The notes under the pieces: generated by a model | What the model was told of the DNA's origin: nothing | Database searches by the model: none | What the model saw: only the letters and a program-made list of their open reading frames with translations | DNA from: a virus | Lineage: Duplodnaviria > Caudoviricetes | DNA: 61,535 nucleotides | Virus record (IMG/VR): IMGVR_UViG_3300035182_000178 | Coordinates: 1-61,535 of that record | Strand: one strand, 5' to 3' | Position numbers and translations under genes: made by a program | In this document: piece after piece, positions 17,802-27,117 of the stretch | Numbering within the stretch: the first letter of the stretch is position 1 | How the letters are laid out: each line of letters begins with the position of its first letter

Positions 17802-19339
17802 AATGCCTCCGCACCAAGATCAGCTTCTGGTAGGTCTTCGTTAACAACAACCTTTTCAGCTTTCACAAACCACGTTTGAACAACTGATTTACCAATGCCG
17901 AGTTGACGATGCTGCGTACCAGATTCACGGAGAGAAGCCCAGATCTTACGTGGCTCTATGCGCAACCCATTGTTCTCTAGGAAACGAATAAGATCGTTAC
18001 CACGGAAATACACGAATCCGTCTTCTTGGTTGTGCCAAGGGCGACCCAGCAACAGTTCTTCTCGTGTTTCTCCGAGTGGTGTGTTGATCAGGTACTGATG
18101 AACGTACTGGTTGACTCGTGTACCGACTCTAGTTTCGAGCGGCGCTTCGAGCAGTTCTACATTTTCCAGTTTCTCACGAATCATGCGCTCCCAAGGGATA
18201 CGTTTCATCAGTGGAGGTAGCTTGTTAATTGCCATCATACAGGCGCGACGAAACCTGTTTTGGTCCATCAGTTCTTCGGTGTCTAACTGAAGACGCACAC
18301 CCTCTACGTCAATAATCCAGATCGGTGGTTCAGTGTTTATCTTGCACAATGAACCAACGTTTAAGGTGAATTCTTCTTCAAGATCTCCGATACCAAAGAC
18401 ACGCTTTTTACATAAGTCTTTATTACAGTGTTCTTGTATCGGCGACTTACCGCACGGGTAGAAATATTCTTTGCGACCTAATGACTTGACAATAGTGCTG
18501 ACTTCTCTGGATTTCAGTGGGACTTCCAAAAAGTCCACATTCATCTCTTCTACTTTTTCTTGCCAGCCGTCCTCCCATTTTTTCCGGCAATATACACCCA
18601 AGGCAAAAAGCGCATTGTTACGCGAGCCTTCCGGGATTTTACCACTTTTTGTCAGAAGTTGGAGACACGGTGGGCCGTCGTCAAAGTTGCCTTCTGTGCT
18701 GACCGTGATGTCCATGAACGTTTCTTCGTCTACTTTGATACGTTCTGCCAACATCAAAAACTGCTCTATGTTGAGCGGCTTACCTCTGAAAATCGCGTAC
18801 CGTTTCGTGTTTTTGTACTCGAAATACGGCATGTTCAACCAGTTACCAACATCGCGTTTACTGGCGAGCGACGACTGCTTCGGGAAAATTTCTACGCCAC
18901 CGTGTCCAAGAGCAATAGAGAATTCGTACAGTTTGGCACGAACTTTCTTGCACGAAATAGGCTCAGAGAAGTAACACGTTAGGTGCGCGCCACCAGACTT
19001 AGTACGCAGAAGAAGTAACGGAAGGTTGAGTTCCCTTACCTTATTCTCGAGCTCGTCAAGATCGAGATCATATTTGTCAATATCAATCGCGCCCCAAGAA
19101 CAATTGGCATCATCAGTGATCGGAATAACGCCAAGACCGGCTGCCCCGTGCAGGTGTCCAACCCACAAATCAGCCTTGTATTTTCCTAGTTCAGTGGAAG
19201 CCCGTCCTTGTGTTTTCTTTCCATCTACGCCTTGTTTTGTGACGGTGTATTTTCCGTACGCACGATCTAATCCCTTGTACAGATCGAACAGAAGGTTTGC
19301 ATACTTCTGTTCGTCTGTTAGCTCGAAATCTTCAGCCAC
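17798..19339 (-). CDS. AEP-type primase with PriCT-like domain
   Basis: GAIDID, RTKSGGAH, EIFPKQ, GNWLNMPY, PPCLQ, GSRNNALF. Confidence 0.85.
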   Translation of the reverse strand: MAEDFELTDEQKYANLLFDLYKGLDRAYGKYTVTKQGVDGKKTQGRASTELGKYKADLWVGHLHGAAGLGVIPITDDANCSWGAIDIDKYDLDLDELENKVRELNLPLLLLRTKSGGAHLTCYFSEPISCKKVRAKLYEFSIALGHGGVEIFPKQSSLASKRDVGNWLNMPYFEYKNTKRYAIFRGKPLNIEQFLMLAERIKVDEETFMDITVSTEGNFDDGPPCLQLLTKSGKIPEGSRNNALFALGVYCRKKWEDGWQEKVEEMNVDFLEVPLKSREVSTIVKSLGRKEYFYPCGKSPIQEHCNKDLCKKRVFGIGDLEEEFTLNVGSLCKINTEPPIWIIDVEGVRLQLDTEELMDQNRFRRACMMAINKLPPLMKRIPWERMIREKLENVELLEAPLETRVGTRVNQYVHQYLINTPLGETREELLLGRPWHNQEDGFVYFRGNDLIRFLENNGLRIEPRKIWASLRESGTQHRQLGIGKSVVQTWFVKAEKVVVNEDLPEADLGAEAF

Positions 19340-20015
19340 GTTTAAATTCCCCGTTATGTTCGCAGTGTGTTACAGGGCAATATTTTTTGCACAGACCTGA
19401 AGGTTTCTTATACCAAGTGTCTGTGGCGAGAGCATGCTGGAGACGATCAACGCGCTTGATGAAACGCTCCCAAATCGGTTGATAGAAGTCTCGAAACACT
19501 TTAGACGGTGTAGTGTCTTTATGGCGGAGCCACACATACTCGTTATGAACGGTCGTGATGTGCGGATAGTGCGCAAAAACCAGTGCGGAGTTAGCTTTCA
19601 GTTGTTCGCTGTAAGCGTTCGGTTTTCCGTTTTTCCAGTCGAAAATCGCGCCCGTAGAGTTTTCTGGATTAACGTACATGACGTCAAGAATACCACGATA
19701 ATAGCAATCGTTTTTATCGTAGTAGTCACATGGTTGCAGATCTTTTGTAACGCCAAGTTTATGTTCAAACTTCATGAACTTAACTTCGCGACCACGAAGA
19801 GCTGTATCCACCATTGCTTTGACAGTGGCATCAGGGAGAGGTTTATTTTCCGTAAGATGCAGTTCGATTACCTTGTGGATATCGATGCCGTTGGCGGCTT
19901 CTTGATACTGCTTCTTCTGTACGGTTTTATGGATTCGCTCAGCGGCAAAGCGAAAACCACAGTTCTCATAAGACGTGAGAGAACTATATGACCAAGGTAT
20001 GACTTGTGCGCTCAT
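19332..20015 (-). CDS. Cas4-like PD-(D/E)xK exonuclease
   Basis: WSYSSLTSYENC, RGILD, FDWKNGK, EQL, LCKKYCPVTHC. Confidence 0.85.
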   Translation of the reverse strand: MSAQVIPWSYSSLTSYENCGFRFAAERIHKTVQKKQYQEAANGIDIHKVIELHLTENKPLPDATVKAMVDTALRGREVKFMKFEHKLGVTKDLQPCDYYDKNDCYYRGILDVMYVNPENSTGAIFDWKNGKPNAYSEQLKANSALVFAHYPHITTVHNEYVWLRHKDTTPSKVFRDFYQPIWERFIKRVDRLQHALATDTWYKKPSGLCKKYCPVTHCEHNGEFKRG

Positions 20016-20050
20016 TTATCACCTGTATGGGTTGTTGTAGGTGGGTAACT

Positions 20051-20079
20051 AGTATAACCCCGGCACGTAACCGGGGCAA
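20051..20079 (-). promoter_or_regulatory. sigma70-type promoter with palindromic spacer
   Basis: Minus strand TTGCCC-17 bp-TATACT; CCCCGG/CCGGGG inverted repeat over the spacer and -35. Confidence 0.55.
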
Positions 20080-20172
20080 TTAGGAACCCTTTGACCAACA
20101 GTTCAAAGTATACCACACTCCGGCAACTGCTTGGGTTCTGGACAAGTTAAGAAACCAGAATGCGATTTAGTT

Positions 20173-20246
20173 TGGTGCCTCCGAACGGAATCGAACCGCT
20201 ACCTGATGATTACAAATCAACTGCACGACCTTCATGCTACGGGGGC
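20173..20246 (-). tRNA. tRNA-Thr(UGU)
   Basis: GCCCCCG acceptor, TTTGTAA anticodon loop, GGTTCGATTCC T arm, encoded CCA. Confidence 0.85.
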
Positions 20247-20286
20247 TTTGTCCTCCGCACTTACCCGGCGGAGGTTAGGACGTTAA

Positions 20287-21087
20287 TTAAAACGCAGCGT
20301 TGTCGTGATCACTGGATTGATCTTCAGCTTGTTCGTGCTTAACCTGCGCAGTACCGGAGCGTACGGCATTCCGGAAATCCATGGCCGCATTGTATTCGGC
20401 CACATCTTCAACGATGCCGATCAGCTCAACATTCGGCACGAACCACGAACCCTTGTCATTGGACTTGGGAACAGTGGTGATCTTGTACTTGCGGCTGGAC
20501 ATCGGAGCAGTAACAAACACACCAGCAGCGTTCTTGATCTTGATGCCTTGCATCTTCGACATCCACTGGCGCGAGACCTTGGAAGCCGTAGAAGAAAGGG
20601 CGATCAGGGCCGGAGACAACATGCCGTCTTGGCCAACGATCAGAACGTAATGGTTGCGCGTATCGACAAGGACGTTCCCGTTCGGCAGCATGTCACGACC
20701 TTTGTCGTCTTTACTTGTGGTATTGACGATGTCGTCGGAAGGCAGGTGCTCAGCTACGAAACCGCCGCCAGATTCACGGGTCTTCCACTCGACGAAACGT
20801 TGAGTGTAGTGACACGGAATGACGACGATACCGTCTTCGCCGGAAAAGATCTCTTGCGTGACGGTGTTGTAGAACATGCCTTCTTCAGCGCCTTTGATGT
20901 AAGCGCCATCAGACTTCTTGCATTGCGGGGAACCAGACTGCAAAACTTGCAGGAACGGGATAGCGTAAGCTGATGCACCAGCTTCCTCGAAGCCTGCGTT
21001 TGCGTCTTCGGCGAACTGTTGCTGCATGGCGGCGACAGCGGTTGCTTCTGCATCCTTCTTAACGACTTCAGTTTCGGACTTTGCCAT
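20287..21087 (-). CDS. putative single-stranded DNA-binding protein
   Basis: IPFLQVLQSGSPQ, EWKTRESGGGFV, NDKGSWF, acidic tail ending in F; CAGGAG RBS; replication context. Confidence 0.6.
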   Translation of the reverse strand: MAKSETEVVKKDAEATAVAAMQQQFAEDANAGFEEAGASAYAIPFLQVLQSGSPQCKKSDGAYIKGAEEGMFYNTVTQEIFSGEDGIVVIPCHYTQRFVEWKTRESGGGFVAEHLPSDDIVNTTSKDDKGRDMLPNGNVLVDTRNHYVLIVGQDGMLSPALIALSSTASKVSRQWMSKMQGIKIKNAAGVFVTAPMSSRKYKITTVPKSNDKGSWFVPNVELIGIVEDVAEYNAAMDFRNAVRSGTAQVKHEQAEDQSSDHDNAAF

Positions 21088-21302
21088 TTTGAAAACTCCT
21101 GAATTTAAATAATGAAATTGACTGTCTTTCCGGTCTGTCAAGTCCTTTATCGAGAGAACCAGTACGACCCTTCGTAGACATTTAGAGACCGTCTTGAAGG
21201 ATGAAGTCATCCAGTCTTAACTTAAACTCGGTCTTTGGTACGGAATCCAAACCACCGCGCTCGATGAAACATGTTACTACACCTAGGAAACAGTGTGGGT
21301 GC

Positions 21303-21331
21303 ATTATACACCGGCCACGCACAAACACTAA
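21303..21331 (-). promoter_or_regulatory. promoter for the SSB-like gene with a long leader
   Basis: Minus strand TTAGTG-17 bp-TATAAT. Confidence 0.5.
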
Positions 21332-21717
21332 TGGACTTCTTGTGTCTTGGTTGTGCTTCCGTTCTCAGCGCAGTTCAGTTTAACCTTCAAGAGTTCGTTC
21401 TGGAGCTGTTGGTACAGATTGTACCCCTCCAGCTCCCACAGTCGGTTTCGCGCCAGTGCGGCCGCACTGTCAAAAGCCATACGACGACCAATGCCTTCAT
21501 CGAAGTTCTCTGGGGACACACACGCACTGTGTCCAGTCGCCAGGAAGAACTTGTCGTGCAGGAAAGCATGACAGAATGTACTGGTGTTGACTATGTTATA
21601 GTGATAGCTAACCTGAGCCATCAGTGAATTGATGCGGTCGTTTGTAATGCGTGGAGCAACGAGGTTCTTCTCCACGATCTCTTGTTCGTATTCACTGTCT
21701 TGACGGGCAGTCGTCAT
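21328..21717 (-). CDS. N4 gp49 / Sf6 gp66 family protein
   Basis: APRIT, GHSACVSPENFDEGIGRRMA, LWELEGY. Confidence 0.85.
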   Translation of the reverse strand: MTTARQDSEYEQEIVEKNLVAPRITNDRINSLMAQVSYHYNIVNTSTFCHAFLHDKFFLATGHSACVSPENFDEGIGRRMAFDSAAALARNRLWELEGYNLYQQLQNELLKVKLNCAENGSTTKTQEVH

Positions 21718-21833
21718 TTGTGTTTCCTCCTAAGTCATTTGATAAATCGTGTCATGGGTGTCGGAGCTCGAAATATTCTTAAGAAAAGAATCGTCCAAAG
21801 ATACTGTGATGAAATCGAATTTCGAGTTCGTGT

Positions 21834-22355
21834 CTACTTCTTTACAAGCGTGACCTTGGTTTCGTTCACAGCTCCAGCGCCGAACAAGTCCATAGGAAAT
21901 TCAACACCGCGTTCGATCAGATCTTTGACGAAAGACTTGAGCGTCATAGGATGTATATTCATATCCTGAACTGGTCTGAACCCGAGGGAGATCAATTCGC
22001 GCATAGCTTCCTTGGCTTGCTCATTTTCCCCCTTAGCGAAATCGCATTTGACCGTATTCTTGATAATCGAATCGTAATTATGTGAAGTAAGCCAATCAAA
22101 GGCTTTTTGACGTTGCTCCACGGGAATGGAAGCATAGTACTTCTGCTTCACTTCAATCTTGGAACCGTCCTCCAGTTTTACGAGTTCAACCCCCAGTTCA
22201 GCCATAGCATTAGGAAGTTCTACCTGACTGATATAGTTCAGGTGCTCTTTGGCTTGCTTCAGCTGAACTTCTAGGTCAGCGACAACTGCTTCTTGTTCGA
22301 CTTGTCTCTTGCACAAGGTAGAAACAAGTTGAAGTTCTGTGTCAGTTAGCTTCAT
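21834..22355 (-). CDS. conserved phage replication-region protein
   Basis: ELPNAMAELG, KLEDG, AFDWL, IIKN, IHPMTLKSFVK. Confidence 0.7.
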   Translation of the reverse strand: MKLTDTELQLVSTLCKRQVEQEAVVADLEVQLKQAKEHLNYISQVELPNAMAELGVELVKLEDGSKIEVKQKYYASIPVEQRQKAFDWLTSHNYDSIIKNTVKCDFAKGENEQAKEAMRELISLGFRPVQDMNIHPMTLKSFVKDLIERGVEFPMDLFGAGAVNETKVTLVKK

Positions 22356-22965
22356 TGTGGTACTCCTTGCATCCGAAATAAACCTCGATACAGGCATCTA
22401 CGTCTGCCATAGCTGTGTGCGCGTTCTCGAAGGCCGCGCCCTTGAAAAAGGTGTATGCTTCAGTCAAGTTGGGTTTCTTGTACTTGTTGAAACCGGCGCG
22501 AATCATGCGAGGGGTCGGAGGGCACTTGACAATGTCCGTAGACATGTCGGCGGTACATTCTGCAACACCTGTTTTCCAGGCGTCCGCTACTTCGCGATCA
22601 AAGTGACGCAAAAGAGCGATTCTGAGAAGTTTGGCGTCGAAACCTTCATTATGAGCGATTCGCGTGTTAGCCTTGCGCCACAGGCTGAGGAAGTTACCGA
22701 ATACGTCCTTGGCATCAATTCCCTCGGTAATGGCTCGTTCAGTTGAAATACCGTGAATTTTTGCAACGACTTCAGGAACAACCCAGCCGTCCGGCTTCAC
22801 AATCGCTTCATACGAATCTAGTACGACGCGGGTATTCAAGTCGACCAACTTCGCGGCGATCTGAACAACGTGCGGTTGATGCACTGCATCGGACGGAGAT
22901 TTAAAGTCCGGAAGCCCTGAAGTTTCGGTATCGTAAAAGAGACCGATGATGGGTTGTCCCCTCAC
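22342..22965 (-). CDS. DEDDh 3'-5' exonuclease (DnaQ-like)
   Basis: FYDTETSGLP, IHGIS, AHNEGFD, AHTAMADV; GTG start overlapping the upstream stop. Confidence 0.85.
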   Translation of the reverse strand: MRGQPIIGLFYDTETSGLPDFKSPSDAVHQPHVVQIAAKLVDLNTRVVLDSYEAIVKPDGWVVPEVVAKIHGISTERAITEGIDAKDVFGNFLSLWRKANTRIAHNEGFDAKLLRIALLRHFDREVADAWKTGVAECTADMSTDIVKCPPTPRMIRAGFNKYKKPNLTEAYTFFKGAAFENAHTAMADVDACIEVYFGCKEYHNEAN

Positions 22966-23297
22966 TGTGCTGCTCCTGATGTGTCTACTTGGATAACAAG
23001 GTATCGTCGTTGTAGACGATCCCACTTAAGAAACTTCACACGACCGTTGTTCTTTTCCCCGGCGACCATAGCGACGGTACTCATCAGTACCGGGTCGCCG
23101 ACCGGGAGAAGGTAGTCTTCGTCACCGAAATTTTCAAGATCGTTGCGAAGTTTACGAACAGTTGGCACCGGGGCAAGAAGAGATTGAGTGTGCTTCATAA
23201 GCACAACCAGTTCTCCGTACTCAGTGGCTGGAGAGAAGTCCATCTTTGAACCGCCGCTTTGAGACACTGGTTCGCAGACAATAAATACTTTTGGCAT
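22962..23297 (-). CDS. conserved hypothetical protein
   Basis: ATEYGEL, DYLLPVGDP, FLKWDR; AAGGA RBS. Confidence 0.65.
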   Translation of the reverse strand: MPKVFIVCEPVSQSGGSKMDFSPATEYGELVVLMKHTQSLLAPVPTVRKLRNDLENFGDEDYLLPVGDPVLMSTVAMVAGEKNNGRVKFLKWDRLQRRYLVIQVDTSGAAQ

Positions 23298-23336
23298 ATT
23301 TTTCCTTGTTGGTTTTATAGCAGTATAGCGCCCATT

Positions 23337-24824
23337 TTACACAATATTTTGCCCAGAATTACTGAGATCAAGCATAAAGGCACTAAGATCTTTTTTGTTG
23401 CTCAAGGACAAAAGAATTTTCTTGTCGATCGTACTTTCAGCTTCAAGATCGATGTACAAAACCTTGTCCGCTTCTTGACCAATACGATGACAACGATCTT
23501 CGGATTGCCAACGATGACTGGCGCTGAAAGAATTACTGTAGTAAATAGCAGTTGCTGCGCGAGTAAGGTTAAGACCAATACCGCCAGAAGAAGGCGTGCC
23601 AAGGAGATATTTCACCTCGCCGTTACGAAATCTCTGAAGATTTAGCGAGCGTTCGTCTTTACTGACTTCTCCGTAGTACTCGACACAGTCGTCTCCGAAC
23701 ACTTTGCTGAGAATACGAATATCCTCCTGAAAACGACACCAGATAATCACGCTACCTTCTATATCTTCCACAGTTTCAAGAAGAGCCGCTACACGCGGGT
23801 TTTCCTTGGGATCGTGTTTGAATAGGTCGATGAAATTGTTGTCTTGATCAACGAGGTATCCGCAAGTCAATTGTTGTAACCGAAGCATAAGTGTCAGTTT
23901 ATGAAGAACTGGAACACTCACGTCGTTAAGTTCAAACCTACATTCGTCCTCCAACTGATTGTACAGTTTTCGTTGGTAGTCAGAAAGTTTGAAGTAGCGT
24001 TTCTCGTAGATCTTCGGCGGAAGATCCAAACACTCTTCTTTTGTCACGCGCATACTGTAAGGTGCAATTTTAGCTTTCAGTTGGTCCAGGTTACGGTATC
24101 GCTGCGATCCGTCCGGGTTTTTCGCCGCAATTTGTGGAGCGTGACGCAAGTTGTTCTTGCGCATGATCGCTGTGACCATCGGATGGTCTTTGGGCAGCAT
24201 CTCCGCATAATCGGCTTTGAATGCCGGGTAGGAATCGCCAAGGATAGACTCATCTAGGAAAGCGAACTGGGAGAACACATCAAACGGACTATTGACCACA
24301 GCGTCGCCAGCGAGGATACGGCGATACTTCATGAGCGGTTTGAGTTTCATCAAACGTTTCGTTCGCATAGCAGTCGGAGACTTGATTCGCGTAGATTCGT
24401 CAACAACGACCATAGCGTCCGTTGCAAGGAGAAGACGTTTCAGAAATTTCGGAAGTGCGTCGTAGCTCATACCTTCGATGTTCGCACACAAGATACGAAG
24501 ATGCTCCCCTGTATCAAGGAGTTTCTCGCACGCAAGCATGGAATTCTTGTTCCCCGCTTCCCAGACGGCTGCTTTGAATTCGATGTGGTCTGGAAGACTC
24601 AGCGGGAAGTCTTCTTCCAACCACTTTTTATGAACACCGTTCGGTGCTAGGATGACCACACAGTTAATGCGCCCAAGTGAATACAAGTACGCAGCGGTGT
24701 CTACCGTGGGCTTTGACTTACCGGCCCCCATTTCAAACAGGATGGCGAATATTTCTGCTGTCCGAGAAAGCATAAAACATTCGTGCTGGTGTTCGTACGG
24801 TTTAGATTTGTACTGATATTCCAT
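23337..24824 (-). CDS. SNF2-family SF2 helicase
   Basis: EMGAGKS, VDESTRIK, GGIGLNLT, QSEDRCHRIGQ. Confidence 0.9.
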   Translation of the reverse strand: MEYQYKSKPYEHQHECFMLSRTAEIFAILFEMGAGKSKPTVDTAAYLYSLGRINCVVILAPNGVHKKWLEEDFPLSLPDHIEFKAAVWEAGNKNSMLACEKLLDTGEHLRILCANIEGMSYDALPKFLKRLLLATDAMVVVDESTRIKSPTAMRTKRLMKLKPLMKYRRILAGDAVVNSPFDVFSQFAFLDESILGDSYPAFKADYAEMLPKDHPMVTAIMRKNNLRHAPQIAAKNPDGSQRYRNLDQLKAKIAPYSMRVTKEECLDLPPKIYEKRYFKLSDYQRKLYNQLEDECRFELNDVSVPVLHKLTLMLRLQQLTCGYLVDQDNNFIDLFKHDPKENPRVAALLETVEDIEGSVIIWCRFQEDIRILSKVFGDDCVEYYGEVSKDERSLNLQRFRNGEVKYLLGTPSSGGIGLNLTRAATAIYYSNSFSASHRWQSEDRCHRIGQEADKVLYIDLEAESTIDKKILLSLSNKKDLSAFMLDLSNSGQNIV

Positions 24825-24984
24825 GATGTGCGCTTATGAAGGTATTGCGCTAGTGTAACGCAAAACACCACGCCCATAGCAACACAACACAGATACTACA
24901 CAGCGGCGCACCGGGGGTGTATAATGGCACCCTATACAGGTCATAAAGCGCAAAAAGAAAGACAAATATGTAAACGGTATAGCT

Positions 24985-25216
24985 AGCTAGCCCTAGCAGA
25001 TACCCAGCACCTCTTTTGCCATTACAAAACAGCAACATAGCAGCACTAGCAGCTATATACGCTCGAAAAAACAAAAAAATTTTTTTTATTTTTTTGGCTA
25101 GCCGCTATGTGCTAGCCAAATACACGTAAGCCATGTGGCACAAGCAAACCCAGCTAGCACCTTACCTGCTAGTAGCTGCTAAGCTAGCAGCTAAATAGCA
25201 TATTTTGGCGCGTGCG
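24985..25216 (+). repeat. long-range inverted repeat, copy 1 (AT-rich, TAGC-rich)
   Basis: 25035-25087 is the reverse complement of 61401-61454 except for one A in a homopolymer; 12-mers at 24995-25006 and 25205-25216 also match. Confidence 0.9.
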
Positions 25217-25272
25217 TGCGTCTTATGAAAGACAATTATTTAATACGCATACACACGTATTTGGTGTTTTTG

Positions 25273-27117
25273 CTATTTACCTGTCCTTGTACGAAGACCA
25301 CGAAGTGTTTCTTCCGCGTCTTGTTGAGGATACTGAAGAACTGACCATGCGGCTCGCCCCGGTACGTTCAGGTTTTTGAGCTGTCCAAGGCCACCGCTTG
25401 AAGGCACTTCTTCGCGCAAAAGATTACGACCCATCATGAAACGCTGAACGGCAGGACTGGTTGTCGCACCTTCAAATCCCGGCATGTGTCCGGCTAAACC
25501 GAACACTATATCTTTAGGGTTTTTGGCGACAATACCTGAAGCAACACGAAGATTACCGACACCGTTGGCAGTCAGATTGTTGCCGGGATTTTTCAGAACA
25601 CGGGACAGTTCAGGAATCAGTTGGAATGTGTTAACCATGTCCTGGCCGTTTTGTGACATATACGGATGCAACCAACTCAGCTCTGTGGGCTTGTTTGCCA
25701 AATCAGAGTAGAATCGGTGAGCTTCCTTATACGCATTGTCCTTAGCACCGTAAGTACCACGATTCGCTTTCATGAACAAATCATTGTTGATTGTACCCGG
25801 TACAACATTCTCACGCCAGAAGTTCTTGGCTTCCGTGACCATTTTCATGGCTGTCGGATTGGTGACGCCCCAGCGATCAACGTCGGCAGATATTGAAGCA
25901 TACATGCTGTCCAGTTCACGAACAGCCATTTTAGCCGCCGCTTTCTGGTCAGAAGATTCTGCTGCTTGGCGAGCAAGTTCTTTCGCACGACCAATGACCG
26001 ATTGCAATTCATGCAAGGATGTAAAGTCTGCGTGACTGATACCCTTAGCGGTCGCCATGTCACGGAAGGCTTTCATCCCCGTACCTGAAGCGTCATCTGC
26101 TTCCTTGATGTAATACAGTGCGTTATTCTGACTAGGTAGCTGCTGTGCAGTTCGACCACGCGGCGCTTGACCGTATTGGTTCAGTATAGTACGTGCAGTG
26201 TTCTGAGAATCTGGAGTCAATACGTTCGGCAAATTGTTGGACGTGATGTAGTCGTCAACACCCTTCCAGAGTTCAGAGCCTTTTCCTTTAAGAGCCTCGC
26301 CAGCACCGACGATTTCTTGGCGAATATTATCACCATGCAGAACACGTGATTCAGGTTGACCGATAACCCCGGTAGGAGCATTCACTGTTCTGTCAGCGGC
26401 GGTCTCAAAAGCCTTCAATTGCTTGGCTGTCATTTTCGGAGTACCGGCGTAACCCGCTTCTATCGTATGGAATACGGAAAGAGGATCAACTGAACCCATT
26501 GTCGGATCAATACCGAGTCGACGAGCAGAATCTGCCAGCGGCATAGTTTCCTTGCCCATGTCGTTATAGCGTCGAAAGACACCACCAGCGGTTTTCCCTG
26601 TGGCGGCGATCGGCAGACCCATTACCCCTGTTGTCACACCACTTTCAAGACCTCTCATACCACGAGTACCGAGCATCACACCATCGATGTCACCTTCTGT
26701 GGGAGACATTGCGGCCTGAAGCCCGGCGGTGCCCATCTGTGCGCCAATGCGAGCAGGGGTTGAAAGTGCCAGCGCAGCGTCAAAACCGAACCCTCCCATG
26801 TTGGCAGGCCAGTTTTTCATCAGACGACTGTCAATAGCACGTTTTTCTTTCTTAGCAGCATTAGAAGCAGCAATCTCTTCCTTGGTGCCAAATGCGCCAA
26901 CGCCGATTTCCTTGAGACCCTGGATTATGTCATCGGCTTTTTTACCGACACCGGCGAGCGCAAGCTGTGGGCCAGACATACCAGCGGTGTAATCTTCGTT
27001 GTCTACAGGGGTATTCTGACGAGCCTTCGCGGCCTTTACCGCAGGCGCAATGACCATCTGACTAAGTTCTTTTTCCAAGTCCTCGTCAGTCATCAGAGAA
27101 TAACGATCATCAGACAT
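25273..27117 (-). CDS. internal virion / DNA ejection protein
   Basis: Large Ala/Gly-rich protein at the end of the virion operon. Confidence 0.6.
   Translation of the reverse strand: MSDDRYSLMTDEDLEKELSQMVIAPAVKAAKARQNTPVDNEDYTAGMSGPQLALAGVGKKADDIIQGLKEIGVGAFGTKEEIAASNAAKKEKRAIDSRLMKNWPANMGGFGFDAALALSTPARIGAQMGTAGLQAAMSPTEGDIDGVMLGTRGMRGLESGVTTGVMGLPIAATGKTAGGVFRRYNDMGKETMPLADSARRLGIDPTMGSVDPLSVFHTIEAGYAGTPKMTAKQLKAFETAADRTVNAPTGVIGQPESRVLHGDNIRQEIVGAGEALKGKGSELWKGVDDYITSNNLPNVLTPDSQNTARTILNQYGQAPRGRTAQQLPSQNNALYYIKEADDASGTGMKAFRDMATAKGISHADFTSLHELQSVIGRAKELARQAAESSDQKAAAKMAVRELDSMYASISADVDRWGVTNPTAMKMVTEAKNFWRENVVPGTINNDLFMKANRGTYGAKDNAYKEAHRFYSDLANKPTELSWLHPYMSQNGQDMVNTFQLIPELSRVLKNPGNNLTANGVGNLRVASGIVAKNPKDIVFGLAGHMPGFEGATTSPAVQRFMMGRNLLREEVPSSGGLGQLKNLNVPGRAAWSVLQYPQQDAEETLRGLRTRTGK

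Noticed and set aside
19332-20015. CRISPR-Cas locus implied by the Cas4-like gene
   Set aside because: No other cas gene or array; solo Cas4-like nucleases are common in phage replication modules
11169-24824. Introns or inteins in polA, helicases or primase
   Set aside because: ORFs are continuous, of normal length, and show no splicing or LAGLIDADG motifs
24850-25074. Hydrophobic ORFs over the inverted repeats (24850-25074, 61319-61525)
   Set aside because: Products of low-complexity AT/TAGC-rich non-coding DNA with no RBS
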